A stretch of DNA of 32,000 nucleotides from Paramicrosporidium saccamoebae KSL3 (taxonomy: Eukaryota > Fungi > Cryptomycota). The stretch lies in the NCBI GenBank assembly GCA_002794465.1, contig MTSL01000112.1, positions 1 through 32,000 of the forward strand, read 5' to 3'. A program made the position numbers and the translations under genes. The first letter of the stretch is position 1. The number at the start of each line of letters is the position of its first letter. A model generated the notes under the pieces. That model did not search any database and was not told where the DNA came from. It saw nothing but the letters and a program-made list of their open reading frames with translations. Positions 7,651 through 17,240 of the stretch are shown here, piece after piece.

Positions 7651-9723
7651 ATGAGCACACATCGAGTGATACCGGCAGCGCGGGTAAACCCGACCAACGA
7701 GCTGAATGTCGACAATTTGTTCATAAGTCCGTCATCGGGAATGCTGTACACTGAATGGATTACCGCCCTGCAAAATGCTGCAGTGGACAACGCACAAACG
7801 GTGCAGATAATGCGGGTGCTGCGGAATCGACTTTTGGGACATGAAGCACTCAAGCTTTATTTTGTACAAAAGGCGGGTCTGGTGGGAACTTTGACGCGCT
7901 TTATGGATGCTGCGGCATTACCCGCCGTGCAAAGAGAGGCCATTACCATATTGGGCAGCATTGCTCATGGGGGGACGCGAGAACTGGACGCATTGCTGTG
8001 GCACAATGTTCCCCAATTACTGTTAGAGGTGGTACGAAGGGCGGATGTTGGAAGTGAGGAGGGAAAGAAATTGGCCGAGGCGGGTCTGAGAGCGCTGCGG
8101 ATCATCTACCGACACACTGCCACACCCCGAGAACTGCCATTCCGTCCGGAATATCTGGGAACATTGTTACATCTGTTAGAGAGTAATGAGTTGGGAAGGA
8201 TTCGGGAATATTGCGCCGTATTGATTGCAAATTGCTGTGATCAGACGGATAAACAAGCGCTGCTTTGTGAAAAGGGAGTTCCCAGAGTGGCAGTGAAGAT
8301 GGCTCTATCCAGTCGTGGAGCGCCATACAGTCTCTTGGAGGCATCGCTGGATCTGATTGCTGCATTGACGCGCGATAACCTGACGGGAGTGGCACAGATT
8401 GCAAACGAAACAGCGCTAATTACTATGCTATTTGATCTGTTGCAACGGAAAAGCACAGCCGAAATTCGAATCTTTGCTGCGCTCTGTTTGGCCAATATCT
8501 TCCAACGGGAAGAGACATCGACAGATCCAAGAATTGTCACAATTCTTCTACCGAGTCTGAGTACGTTGATGGCGGGAGATAGTCCCGTCCGAGCTCGGGC
8601 TGCAGAAGTATTGGCTCTGCTTCTTACAGATTCGGAAACCCTTCAAGTAGCCGCCTGTGATGCCGATGTCATTAGTCGATTGGCTGCCATGCTAAAGACG
8701 CCGAGGAGTGAGAGTGAATGCGAGGCGGCTCTCCTCGCCCTGGCCGTGGTGGCATCATATAAGGAGGAATGTCGACGTTTGGTGATTGATGCCAAAGTGC
8801 TGCCGTCCATTCTGACTTCGATGGAAAGTGCCAATGTGGGAGTTCGGAGTGCGGCTTGTCAATGCACCCGCAGTCTCTCTCGCAGTGTCAAGAATCTGCG
8901 TACTTCGCTCGTCGATGCGGGAATGGCCTCCCCATTGCTCCGACTTTTGGAAGATTCCTCCCCACTGGTGCAAAAGACCGCCTGTGCTGCCCTGTGCAAT
9001 CTCGTTTTGGACTTTAGTCCGATGAAGGAAACGGTGTTGAAAGAGGGCGGCGTTCGACGATTGGTCGAATTGGTGGGATCTACTGATTCGGATCTGCGCT
9101 ATAATGCTCTGTGGGCTCTGAAGAATCTTTTGTATTTGGCCGACACCCCCATCAAGACGGCGACCATGCAGCTCATTACTTACCCGCGATTGCAGCAGCT
9201 GGCCAATGATCCGGCCATGCTGGTACAGGAGCAGGCGCTGAATTTGATCCGCAATTTGGTCTGTGAAAAGGAACAGGACGTCAATGAGGTGCTCTCCTGT
9301 TTTGGTCAGGAAAGCTTAATTAAGCTCTTGGAGTCTAAAATGGCCTCTCCCAAAGAGGAAGTTCTCGTCCATTCCCTGTATATTGTGGCCAACTCCTGTA
9401 CGGCTGCATCCGCTATTCCCAAGGAGGCTGCCCTGGAGAGTGATGTAATCATGAAAAGGGTTGCATCGCTACTGCAGCCCGGACAGCCCAGTCAGCTTCA
9501 GCTGGCCTCTCTGTGGTGTGTCATTAATCTGACTTGGACAGATGACACTGGCAGCTCTGAGCGTATTACCAAGCTGCGTGGACTCGGCATTGAACGAATG
9601 CTGCAGGGACTGTTGCGTGCCGGTCTCGCCCACGATGTCCGCGATCGTGTGCAAACAGCGTTGGACAATTTCTCTGCTTTGGATCCGCCCCGTGCTCGGC
9701 CCGAGAACCGTCGTACTAATTAG
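7651..9723 (+). CDS. ARMC8: Armadillo repeat-containing protein 8 / Vid28 (Gid5) subunit of the GID/CTLH E3 ligase
   Basis: 690-aa ARM-repeat ORF with ARMC8-type segments: LRNRLLGHEALKLYFVQ, RSAACQCTRSLSRSVKNLRTSLVDAG, ALCNLVLDFSPMK, NALWALKNL and QEQALNLIRNL. Confidence 0.9.
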   Translation: MSTHRVIPAARVNPTNELNVDNLFISPSSGMLYTEWITALQNAAVDNAQTVQIMRVLRNRLLGHEALKLYFVQKAGLVGTLTRFMDAAALPAVQREAITILGSIAHGGTRELDALLWHNVPQLLLEVVRRADVGSEEGKKLAEAGLRALRIIYRHTATPRELPFRPEYLGTLLHLLESNELGRIREYCAVLIANCCDQTDKQALLCEKGVPRVAVKMALSSRGAPYSLLEASLDLIAALTRDNLTGVAQIANETALITMLFDLLQRKSTAEIRIFAALCLANIFQREETSTDPRIVTILLPSLSTLMAGDSPVRARAAEVLALLLTDSETLQVAACDADVISRLAAMLKTPRSESECEAALLALAVVASYKEECRRLVIDAKVLPSILTSMESANVGVRSAACQCTRSLSRSVKNLRTSLVDAGMASPLLRLLEDSSPLVQKTACAALCNLVLDFSPMKETVLKEGGVRRLVELVGSTDSDLRYNALWALKNLLYLADTPIKTATMQLITYPRLQQLANDPAMLVQEQALNLIRNLVCEKEQDVNEVLSCFGQESLIKLLESKMASPKEEVLVHSLYIVANSCTAASAIPKEAALESDVIMKRVASLLQPGQPSQLQLASLWCVINLTWTDDTGSSERITKLRGLGIERMLQGLLRAGLAHDVRDRVQTALDNFSALDPPRARPENRRTN

Positions 9724-9871
9724 TTTTGTTGATAAATCGTGGTTTTTGTTTCCAGGGCCACGGAACAGTATTGTCCAACACTATGCAAAAGGGCGTGTGA
9801 ACAAATACCTTTTATTCTATTATGCTTCCTGGGCCGTCGCCAGGGGCTATTACATACACTACTATATTACG

Positions 9872-11893
9872 ATGGCCCCCCCAAGAAGGTCGACTAGACG
9901 AAAGGAGCCCAAAAAGATTGTCATTTCCGATTCAAGTGATTCAGGTGATGAAATGGTGACTATTCCGATATCGCCCGTGGTGTCGCCTGTAATTCCATTA
10001 CCCTCAAGGTCAAATAGACAACGTCGTGTTCCCAAGCCAAAAGAGCCCGCGGTTGAAGTTGATTCAACAAGTGTTCCTTTAGATTATCTGGAAATCACAT
10101 TGGATAATGCTCCCTCCAAGCCTACAAGTGCAACTATAAGGCCAGAGCCAAACACGAAACCGCGGATCGATCGAACTTTACGAACCGTGGCCAGGCAGGT
10201 TCACCTTGCATGTCTGCTAATTGCTTACTCTGTGAAAAGCAGAGTGTTTCAGACTCCCCTACTCAGGGCAACCATTCTCTCCAAAGTGCCGCCACATTTG
10301 TTGAGACAGTTTGCCCCCGAAATTATAGAAGACGGACGAACGCTGCTGAATGCACTCTCGATGCTGTCTAACTGGTGGAAGAATGGAATCCATCGACAGT
10401 CGTCTGGATCCATCAAAGACTATTCAAAACAAAGTCATTTCCATCGACTGTTGACAGTGATGGAAGAAAAGTCTGGAAAAGACGACGATCTAGTGTGCAT
10501 CTTTGCAATCTTACTGATGGCTTTGGGTCTGGAGACACGCTTCGTTAGCTCCCTACAGCCTATTCTAGTCAAAACCGACGCTGAAGATGCTATTTCTCCA
10601 GTTTCAAGCAGTCCTCCCGTCCTCCAAAAGGGCAAAATGAAAAGAGTCACGAAAACGGTAGTCCAAGATGGCACCGGGATCATTTCAGTACAGAGTTCCA
10701 GTTCCCCACGTCAGACCAGCACTCTGGGCCGAAGCAGCGCGCTGCCTCCCCCTCGGTTTTGGTGTGAAGTGTGGCATCCAAGAGAGGAGAGATGGGTTCC
10801 TGTAGACTGTTTGAGGGCAATTGTCAATGATCGACTCGCATTGGAACCACCGAGCAAGAACAGTCATCAGCATTTGTTTGTCATTGCTTTCAGACAGGGT
10901 GTGGCGCTGGATGTGACACGACGATACTGTTCCCGTTACTTTGCTCACACATTAAAGCTGAGGAGACTGGAAGAGGCCGTTATAATGTTCCATCTTTCTC
11001 GATTTGGGGGGACAATGAGCGTTGAAGAGGATGAACAACTCGGCAGTTTAGTTGATGGTGAGCCTCTTCCTGTCACAGCAGCCGGCTTTAATGGCCATGG
11101 AAGATACATGTTGGAGAGCAAGTTGAAAAAGTATGAAGTTTATTGGCCTCCCGACGCCGGAATCATTGGCGAGTTTCGGGGAGAAAATGTCCGACTACGA
11201 TCAGTGGTGCAGAAAGCGCGGAGCAAAGAAGCCTGGTACACCCAATTTGGACGGATCATAAAGGAGGGGGAGGAGCCATGCAAGCAAGTAAAATTACCCA
11301 AAAAACCCGAAAAGAAACGGCGCAAATTCGATGACGAGATTCCCATGGTCGATCCTGAGATTGCAGACGATGTGAGGTGGCAGCCACTATATGGAGAGTG
11401 GCAGACTGAGCCTTACTCTCCGCCAATTGCACAGGACGGAAAGGTTCCCCGTAACAAGTTTGGCAGCGTAGATCTATATCTTCCCAGCATGTTGCCAGTC
11501 GGCTGTGTGTGGATAAGGCATGAGCACGCCTACATTGCCGCCCGCGATTTGGGAGTGGACTATGCAGCTGCCTGCGTCTGCTTTGCCTTTTCCGGTCGCT
11601 TCGCAGTTCCGCGTATGAGAGGCATTGTCATCTGTGCAGAACACGAGGGACCCGTGCGAAAAAGACTGAAGGAGGTTGAACGTGAGCTAGTCCTTGCCGC
11701 TGCTGAGGCAGAAATTGAGGCAGAGAAGAAACGGACGAGATTGGAGAAGAGAAAGAAAAAGATTATGGACAAAATTATAGAGGACCACAACATTGACGAT
11801 CAGGAAATGCCGGGGGAGATTATCAGTGCTTTGGATCCAAAGTCAAAGCATCACTTGGCCCAGCAAGATGACAATCTCGACGATTTATTCTAA
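9872..11893 (+). CDS. RAD4: DNA damage recognition protein Rad4/XPC
   Basis: True start taken at ATG 9872 (MAPPRRSTRR). It has a transglutaminase-like fold (FWCEVWHPREERWVPVD; ALDVTRRY) and BHD1-3 domains (GHGRYMLESKLKKYE; LYGEWQTE; GKVPRNKFGSVDLY..SMLPVG; GFAFSGRFAVP..GIVI). Confidence 0.95.
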   Translation: MAPPRRSTRRKEPKKIVISDSSDSGDEMVTIPISPVVSPVIPLPSRSNRQRRVPKPKEPAVEVDSTSVPLDYLEITLDNAPSKPTSATIRPEPNTKPRIDRTLRTVARQVHLACLLIAYSVKSRVFQTPLLRATILSKVPPHLLRQFAPEIIEDGRTLLNALSMLSNWWKNGIHRQSSGSIKDYSKQSHFHRLLTVMEEKSGKDDDLVCIFAILLMALGLETRFVSSLQPILVKTDAEDAISPVSSSPPVLQKGKMKRVTKTVVQDGTGIISVQSSSSPRQTSTLGRSSALPPPRFWCEVWHPREERWVPVDCLRAIVNDRLALEPPSKNSHQHLFVIAFRQGVALDVTRRYCSRYFAHTLKLRRLEEAVIMFHLSRFGGTMSVEEDEQLGSLVDGEPLPVTAAGFNGHGRYMLESKLKKYEVYWPPDAGIIGEFRGENVRLRSVVQKARSKEAWYTQFGRIIKEGEEPCKQVKLPKKPEKKRRKFDDEIPMVDPEIADDVRWQPLYGEWQTEPYSPPIAQDGKVPRNKFGSVDLYLPSMLPVGCVWIRHEHAYIAARDLGVDYAAACVCFAFSGRFAVPRMRGIVICAEHEGPVRKRLKEVERELVLAAAEAEIEAEKKRTRLEKRKKKIMDKIIEDHNIDDQEMPGEIISALDPKSKHHLAQQDDNLDDLF

Positions 11894-11902
11894 ATGGTAC
11901 AG

Positions 11903-13111
11903 TTAATCGAGACAAGTGGGGCAGTTGTAGAGGGAGGAATGGACTATATAGTTACACGAAGCACAAAAATCTTGAGCGCATCGTCGGCATCGACCAGGCC
12001 TATATCCATCAATATTTTGTTCGAGATGGACTGGTTGCGCGCAACCTGCACAAGTAACATTCAAAGCATTGCAGTCCTCATATGACGGAGGAGGAAACAA
12101 GTGGTGGTACGATTTAGCAAGATGCGGAGCCGAAATTAGAGTTAGGCGACAAATGGGACAATCAATTGGAAGTTGACAGACAAATGCACGGCAACGCGGA
12201 CACTGGTAGCCCTTGAGCTTGGCGGTACAATGGCAGGCACAGAGAATGGCTTTCTGATGTGTCAATTGCAAAGGGAATCCCATGGGAACCAAATATGACG
12301 TGGTCCGAGTGTCTCGGGTAACAACCGGTGGAACGAGCTGTTCTCTGACAAGATCGACATAGTGGACATCGTTAATTGCCACTGAAGACGTTCCTCCCGT
12401 CTCCTTAGCTATACGCCTCGTAACGGCAACTTCTCCATAGATAGCAATCACATTAAATCGGACCTTGGCTGCAATCATAACGGGCACTAGATCAAAAATA
12501 TTCCCTGCGTCATGCGATCCCATTCCAATTTGGAAATACAGCACTTCTCTAGTGCCATGGCCAGGAACATGGCCCAAAATAGAATGAGCTACCTCCAGCC
12601 CATTCTGAAGAGAAACAACACCTCGTGGTGGAGATACTTCAGTAGTCGTCTCCAACACTAGCTTGTCCAGCGTCTCTTCGTGCTCAGATAAATTTGGAGA
12701 AAGCTCGCTTCGTCTCTCTGCAAGACCATCCCGCAGCACAATCAAGCTCACCTGACTGAGAGGGTTCTGGTCAAAAAACTCTTTTATGAGCGGACGGACA
12801 GCATTATTGATAACCCAAACTCCACGGTTGGGAGTCACATCCACCGCAGCAGCAGCCGCAGACCAGTCTATTAGAATAACTAAATGCCGCATTATGCCGC
12901 GACGAAGTGCAGAATCTGCCGCTATTCGTCGTTTCTGTAGGTACTCGGATTCACGTTGCAGAAGCACTGCGAGCGTGGGCTGAAGAGTGCCGGCCGCATC
13001 TTCTTTGAGGATTTCCCAGCTCTGGGTGTATCTACTTTCCCATGCAAACCCAGACTCCACTAGAGAGTGGTCCTTGTTCAGCTCTTCGTCATCAATCTCT
13101 ACACCGGCCAT
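11903..13111 (-). CDS. SSL1: TFIIH subunit Ssl1/p44 (GTF2H2)
   Basis: vWA domain (RRGIMRHLVILID, EFFDQNPLSQ, SLQNGL), PMGFP motif, C4 finger (GYQCPRC...CPIC...LAKSYHHLFP) and C-terminal RING-like finger. Confidence 0.97.
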   Translation of the reverse strand: MAGVEIDDEELNKDHSLVESGFAWESRYTQSWEILKEDAAGTLQPTLAVLLQRESEYLQKRRIAADSALRRGIMRHLVILIDWSAAAAAVDVTPNRGVWVINNAVRPLIKEFFDQNPLSQVSLIVLRDGLAERRSELSPNLSEHEETLDKLVLETTTEVSPPRGVVSLQNGLEVAHSILGHVPGHGTREVLYFQIGMGSHDAGNIFDLVPVMIAAKVRFNVIAIYGEVAVTRRIAKETGGTSSVAINDVHYVDLVREQLVPPVVTRDTRTTSYLVPMGFPLQLTHQKAILCACHCTAKLKGYQCPRCRAFVCQLPIDCPICRLTLISAPHLAKSYHHLFPPPSYEDCNALNVTCAGCAQPVHLEQNIDGYRPGRCRRCAQDFCASCNYIVHSSLYNCPTCLD

Positions 13112-13131
13112 TATAACTAAACTCTTTTATT

Positions 13132-13644
13132 TTAAACTCCCAAATGTTCCAAAATAGCTTCAATATTGTCGTCCAAATCCTCTGTAGTATTCGAGGCCAT
13201 TTCAAGTGTCTTTTCTTGGCCAAATCGCTCTAATGACTCATCCAAGACAACGCGCATAATCTCGCATTCCATATTCTCAGTGATTTTATCAACGCTATAT
13301 CCACGTGCCTGCAGTCTGTCGTACAGCACGTCCGTGCGAGTTGTCAGAACAATCACGAGATCCACAGACTTTCGGGGAAGGGTTGTCACTGTGTGTGTCT
13401 CAACGATGCAGACATCACTCTCAATAGACGAGAAATGCCGATCCATGAATTTGCAGACTTTCTTGTCGTCGATTATATATGTATCAAAATGGGCATCATA
13501 TTCGTCAAATAGCTTCTGCGACTTGATAAGATCATTCACAAGTATGTTACTCACGCTCCTGCCCCGTTCAGACAGAGTTTGGCCTAGTTTTTGGGCCAAA
13601 GTAGACTTGCCAGTCCCAGGAGTGCCTGTCACCAAGATTCGCAT
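13132..13644 (-). CDS. FAP7: Adenylate kinase 6 / Fap7 (40S subunit maturation ATPase)
   Basis: ILVTGTPGTGKST P-loop, IVETH (hhhD/E-H) motif, LYDRLQARGYS..KITENMECEI. Confidence 0.95.
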   Translation of the reverse strand: MRILVTGTPGTGKSTLAQKLGQTLSERGRSVSNILVNDLIKSQKLFDEYDAHFDTYIIDDKKVCKFMDRHFSSIESDVCIVETHTVTTLPRKSVDLVIVLTTRTDVLYDRLQARGYSVDKITENMECEIMRVVLDESLERFGQEKTLEMASNTTEDLDDNIEAILEHLGV

Positions 13645-13664
13645 ATCCCCGGCAAACTGGTAGC

Positions 13665-14198
13665 ATGCATCCTGGAAAGGCTATATTTCGGGATCCCAGG
13701 AAATTCTGGGAGGCCACCTACTCAAGGGATGGACTGAATCAAATAGTGCATCGACGGAAAATTGCTGGACTCGACCTTAGTCCTCGTCGAATCGGCATTG
13801 CCGTCTCTGACGACATCCAAGAGTTTGCCCTTCCAATTGGGGTCTTCCATGTGCGGCGTAAGGGAATTCATCTTGAACTCCAGCAGCCAAACAAACCTCT
13901 AATTCAAAAGATGCGCTGTGAGGCAAACAGTATTGCTGGCTGGGTGGTTGGGTGGCCACTGACATTGGCGGGCGAGGAGAGCTACCGCACTGAGGAAACA
14001 CTGACAATTATTGAGCAGTGTCAGATTCTACTTGGAATTCAATTCGAAAATATTCTCCTTCACGATGAGCGATATTCCACCATACTTGCCCGGTCTGATT
14101 CTCTCGATCAGCCGAAAGGGCATCAGGTTGGCCTGGACGCACTCGCCGCTTCTAGAATTCTGCAAGAATATCTAGACCTCTCTTCCAGACAACACTAG
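13665..14198 (+). CDS. yqgF: YqgF/RuvX-family RNase H-fold nuclease (pre-16S rRNA nuclease / putative Holliday junction resolvase)
   Basis: All family motifs are in order: IAGLDLSPRRIGIAVSD, WVVGWPL, HDERYST, LDALAASRILQEYLD. The three catalytic acidic positions are intact. There is a ~30-aa N-terminal extension and no intron. Confidence 0.92.
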   Translation: MHPGKAIFRDPRKFWEATYSRDGLNQIVHRRKIAGLDLSPRRIGIAVSDDIQEFALPIGVFHVRRKGIHLELQQPNKPLIQKMRCEANSIAGWVVGWPLTLAGEESYRTEETLTIIEQCQILLGIQFENILLHDERYSTILARSDSLDQPKGHQVGLDALAASRILQEYLDLSSRQH

Positions 14199-14229
14199 AA
14201 ATATTCATCAGCCGGGGCAACTACTCTGG

Positions 14230-15169
14230 ATGACGGACATTTTTGCCGTCAGTTCATGGCCATTAGAGCTACAGAAGCTGTCATTCGATTTCATAGAACT
14301 GCCAATTCCCGATACTTTTCGAGCATATCTCAAAGAAGAAGGGATAGTCTTGGGAACAAGAGTGCCAGAGTAGCATGCAAGTCTCATCTTGAACTTTAGG
14401 TCGATGATCATAAACTCGGATATCGACTACACCGACAACGAGAGTGAAGCTTGTGGTGCTTCTCCTGAAGTTTTGTTTCCGGAATTTCATAAAACGGTGA
14501 CAGAAAGCATACTGAAGTTTAGGGGCGCGTGCATGGCAAAGCTTGGCGGAAACAGTGCAAAGGATGCGGTCTGGATTAATACTGAAAATAGTCTCAAATG
14601 CCGCACCGCAAGCGATGTCTACGAGCTTTTAAAAAGCTCAGACAGAGTCGCACTTAATGTGGATAGTGCAAAGGTATTGACCCTGAAAAAATGGCTTGAG
14701 ATTGATCCGAGCATGGAATTTCGCTGTTTCATCAGGAACGCTTATCTTGTGGCCATCTCTCAGAGAGATGATACTGTATTTTACCAACATCTTTGTGCTT
14801 CTAAGGAACGAGTCGGAAAAGAGATTGAAGGATCCCTAATTCAGCATGTAATTCCGCACCTGCACTCGGAGACATGTACATTTCACAGCGCTTGCTAATT
14901 TACTTTTAGGCGTTGTTGATATTTATATGACTGGCGGCAAGATAAATCGGATTGTTGACATTTCCGCTTGGGATGAACGGGAGACTAGCCCAATATTGTT
15001 CGAATGGCAAGATTTAAACTCTATTACGAACGGATCCCCACCAATATTTAAAGTCATTGAATCGGACGGAAATTGTAGGCTTGGAGTGGCAAGATATAAT
15101 GCAATGCCCGTCGATCTGATCTCGTCAGGCCTTCGGCTTGATGACGTCATTTATGGCAACTTTTCATAG
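14230..15169 (+). CDS. CDC123: Cell division cycle protein 123 (eIF2 assembly factor), introns 14370-14399 (30 nt) and 14876-14909 (34 nt)
   Basis: Spliced product MTDIFAVSSW...IELPIPDTFRAYLKEEGIVL..|..FPEF....GACMAKLGGNSAKDAVWI..SLKCRTASDVYELLKSSD..LTLKKW..PSMEFRCFI....AISQRD..|CVVDIY..IVDISAW..PILFEW matches the D123 ATP-grasp motifs. The canonical PKLNWS motif is diverged. Confidence 0.92.
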
Positions 15170-15299
15170 TCGTCGTTGCAAGTAATGTCATGAGCGCTGT
15201 AAAAAATCGATACATGTGGGATATTATATCGACGGATCAGAGATCCCAATAAAGTCTTTACTTAAATCTCGCAATATACGCCTTTCCAGGGATCTCGTG

Positions 15300-16120
15300 A
15301 TGAGTCGGACTGTCTTGAGAAGGCTACTAGGTGAGGATCTTGACGTCTTGGTGTAGTTTTTACAGGATAAAATTGAAGGGGGGTTCTACTCCTTGGGAAC
15401 CCTGCAACTGCTGGACATTCCTATGCCGGAAGCTTTGCAGAGACCGAATGTTATGGATTGTTTACAGGTTCTGGTGGATTGACCAGTGTTGTAGCTCATT
15501 GCTGGAATGGCAACCTGGTTCTAATTTGGCCTGCCATGCTGCAGTATCTCCCTGATGCATTAACGTATACAGCCGACCGACCAGTTCTACGCATAGAAGG
15601 ATCTTTTGAGGCTGTGGAATAAATGAGTAGATTTTTGCACGGAACGCTCGTATTCAGCACACTAATAAGTTTCTATCTCTCTTTAACCATCACACCTGAA
15701 AGTGCTCAAACATACTCTTGCTTTAGTTCTACTGAGATGGTTGGCGCGCCTCGTCCATCCAAGAACTTGCTGAGGATGCTGATATAAATTACCTCGCAGT
15801 GAGCTCACAGAGATATAGAAGATTTGGTAATACGTGCCAGATTAAGAGCATTAAAATTTAATAGAAGGCTAGTTGCAATGCCGACCTATAACTCTCAAAC
15901 ATACGATGCAGTTATCCTGGGCAACGTTTACGTTCCTCTCATCGAATGAAGAAAAGGGCACACGAGAAGCCTGATACGCTCGTGTTTGGTGGAGCTTAAG
16001 AAACAGGGCTATCGAGTTGCCCGTTTGTTTACCAGTAATCTTGCAGCCATCTCTCTTTATAGGTCTATGGGCTTCGTGGGGAAAGGGTCTTATGGCGCAT
16101 GTGACAACCCTTTTGTATAA
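15300..16120 (+). pseudogene. Intron-less, bacterial-type GNAT (FR47-like C-terminus) acetyltransferase pseudogene
   Basis: One frameshift in the G6 run at 15378-15383 joins MSRTVLRRLLGEDLDVLV*FLQDKIEG to VLLLGNPATAG..YGLFTGSGGLTSVVAHCWNGNLVL...AVILGNVYVPLIE*RKGHTRSLIRSCLVELKKQGYRVARLFTSNLAAISLYRSMGF. In-frame stops lie at 15354, 15620, 15785, 15800 and 15947. GNAT motif A (V..yRxKG) and motif B (N..A..LY..mGF) are visible. The 3' end is approximate. Confidence 0.75.
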
Positions 16121-16132
16121 AAATATGAAGAT

Positions 16133-17077
16133 TTACTCATGTAGCGCTGTCTCTTCCTCGATGGGATCACAGAATATCGCCAACTCGAGTAATAAAGCGT
16201 TAGCGTCATCTGAAGATCGTAGTCGTAATAAATATTGAACAGGTTTGGAATCTACTAGAGCAACAAACCTTACACTCCTGTCCGGAACTGGAGCATACGT
16301 CATGCCGCTAAATAGACGAACATTTAGCAATACTCGTAAAACCCCTTCGGCGCGCATTAGCATCCTGCCCGCCCCCGTCTCAAAATCTTCATTGATTTTC
16401 AAGATTCCCAGTCCTCTATCCTTCCACTCTTTGTTTACAGCATCGAATTCGTAGAGCTTGGCCCGACCAGAAAATTTCATCGCCTCGCCTTCTTCCCCAG
16501 TAGCCTGTGGAAGATTGTGTAATACATCTGCATCAGTCTTTTCTGTGTTAAACGGAGAATCTTCCTCGAGACCGTCTTTTTTAGGAGCCTCGGTGGAAAA
16601 ATCAGCTTTTGACTCGGACTTGGCCACAGTGTTAAATGTTACAAGCGATTTCGCAGCTGAGCCAAACACAAACTTGGGCTTGGACGCTTCAATTACAGGT
16701 GTAACCGGAAGAACAGGCTTAGTGGCTTGCTTCTCTGGAGAGCTCGTAGACGTATCCAAAGGCTCGTCTTCTGTTCCCTCATTATCTGAACCCTCATCGC
16801 TATCTGGACTCTCGTCATTATCTAAGCTTTTATCATCCTCCTCCGTCTCCTCTCCAGAAGACTGGCTTTCCTGGATGGATTCGGGCGAATCCGAGTTGTT
16901 GACAGTAAGGTCCTGTGTTGCCTGTGAGAGTTCTGTGGAACCAGTCTTGGCAACCTGACATATTTCAACCAACTACACTGTATCTACCTTTATCCCTGAA
17001 CTAATTTCTTCCGCCTCGACAGTCTCTGAAGAAGGGGGCTCTTGTCTCTTATTAGCCGTCGCAGAGACTCCCATCAT
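16133..17077 (-). CDS. Ran-binding domain protein (Yrb2/RanBP3-like), intron 16955-16987 (33 nt)
   Basis: Exon 1 MMGVSATANKRQEPP..SGIK splices in frame to VAKTGS. An acidic low-complexity region and FVFG motif precede the RanBD (TGEEGE..F..RAKLYEFD...EWKDRGLGILKIN..GRMLMRAEGVLRVLLN). Confidence 0.88.
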
Positions 17078-17240
17078 TAACAGCAAAATAGCACAAGTAC
17101 TTTCTTTAATCGTTTTAACTGTATTCTGTGCACCATTATCTTAGATTGAATCAAAATGCGATAGCGAAAATTTCCACTGTTTGCAGGCGTTGGATCGAAA
17201 ATCGCAAACGTTGGGCACGCAGACTCAGGGGTTGCCGCCA

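Noticed and set aside
9542-9871. 110-aa N-terminal extension of Rad4 overlapping the ARMC8 3' end
   Set aside because: It is low-information sequence overlapping another CDS. ATG 9872 gives a typical basic Rad4 N-terminus.
9724-9871. Possible snRNA/snoRNA (short hairpins cgtgg/ccacg and cctgg/ccagg)
   Set aside because: No U1, U2, U4, U5 or U6 signature, Sm site or C/D box pair was recognisable. The stems are short enough to arise by chance.
15354-15949. Stop-codon reassignment explaining the in-frame stops in the GNAT frame
   Set aside because: All three stop types occur along with a frameshift, and TAA, TAG and TGA all terminate intact genes in this window.
16973-16987. 15-nt intron (gtagatacagtgtag) in the RanBD gene
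   Set aside because: It is implausibly short. A 33-nt intron using the same donor keeps the frame and fits the local size distribution.
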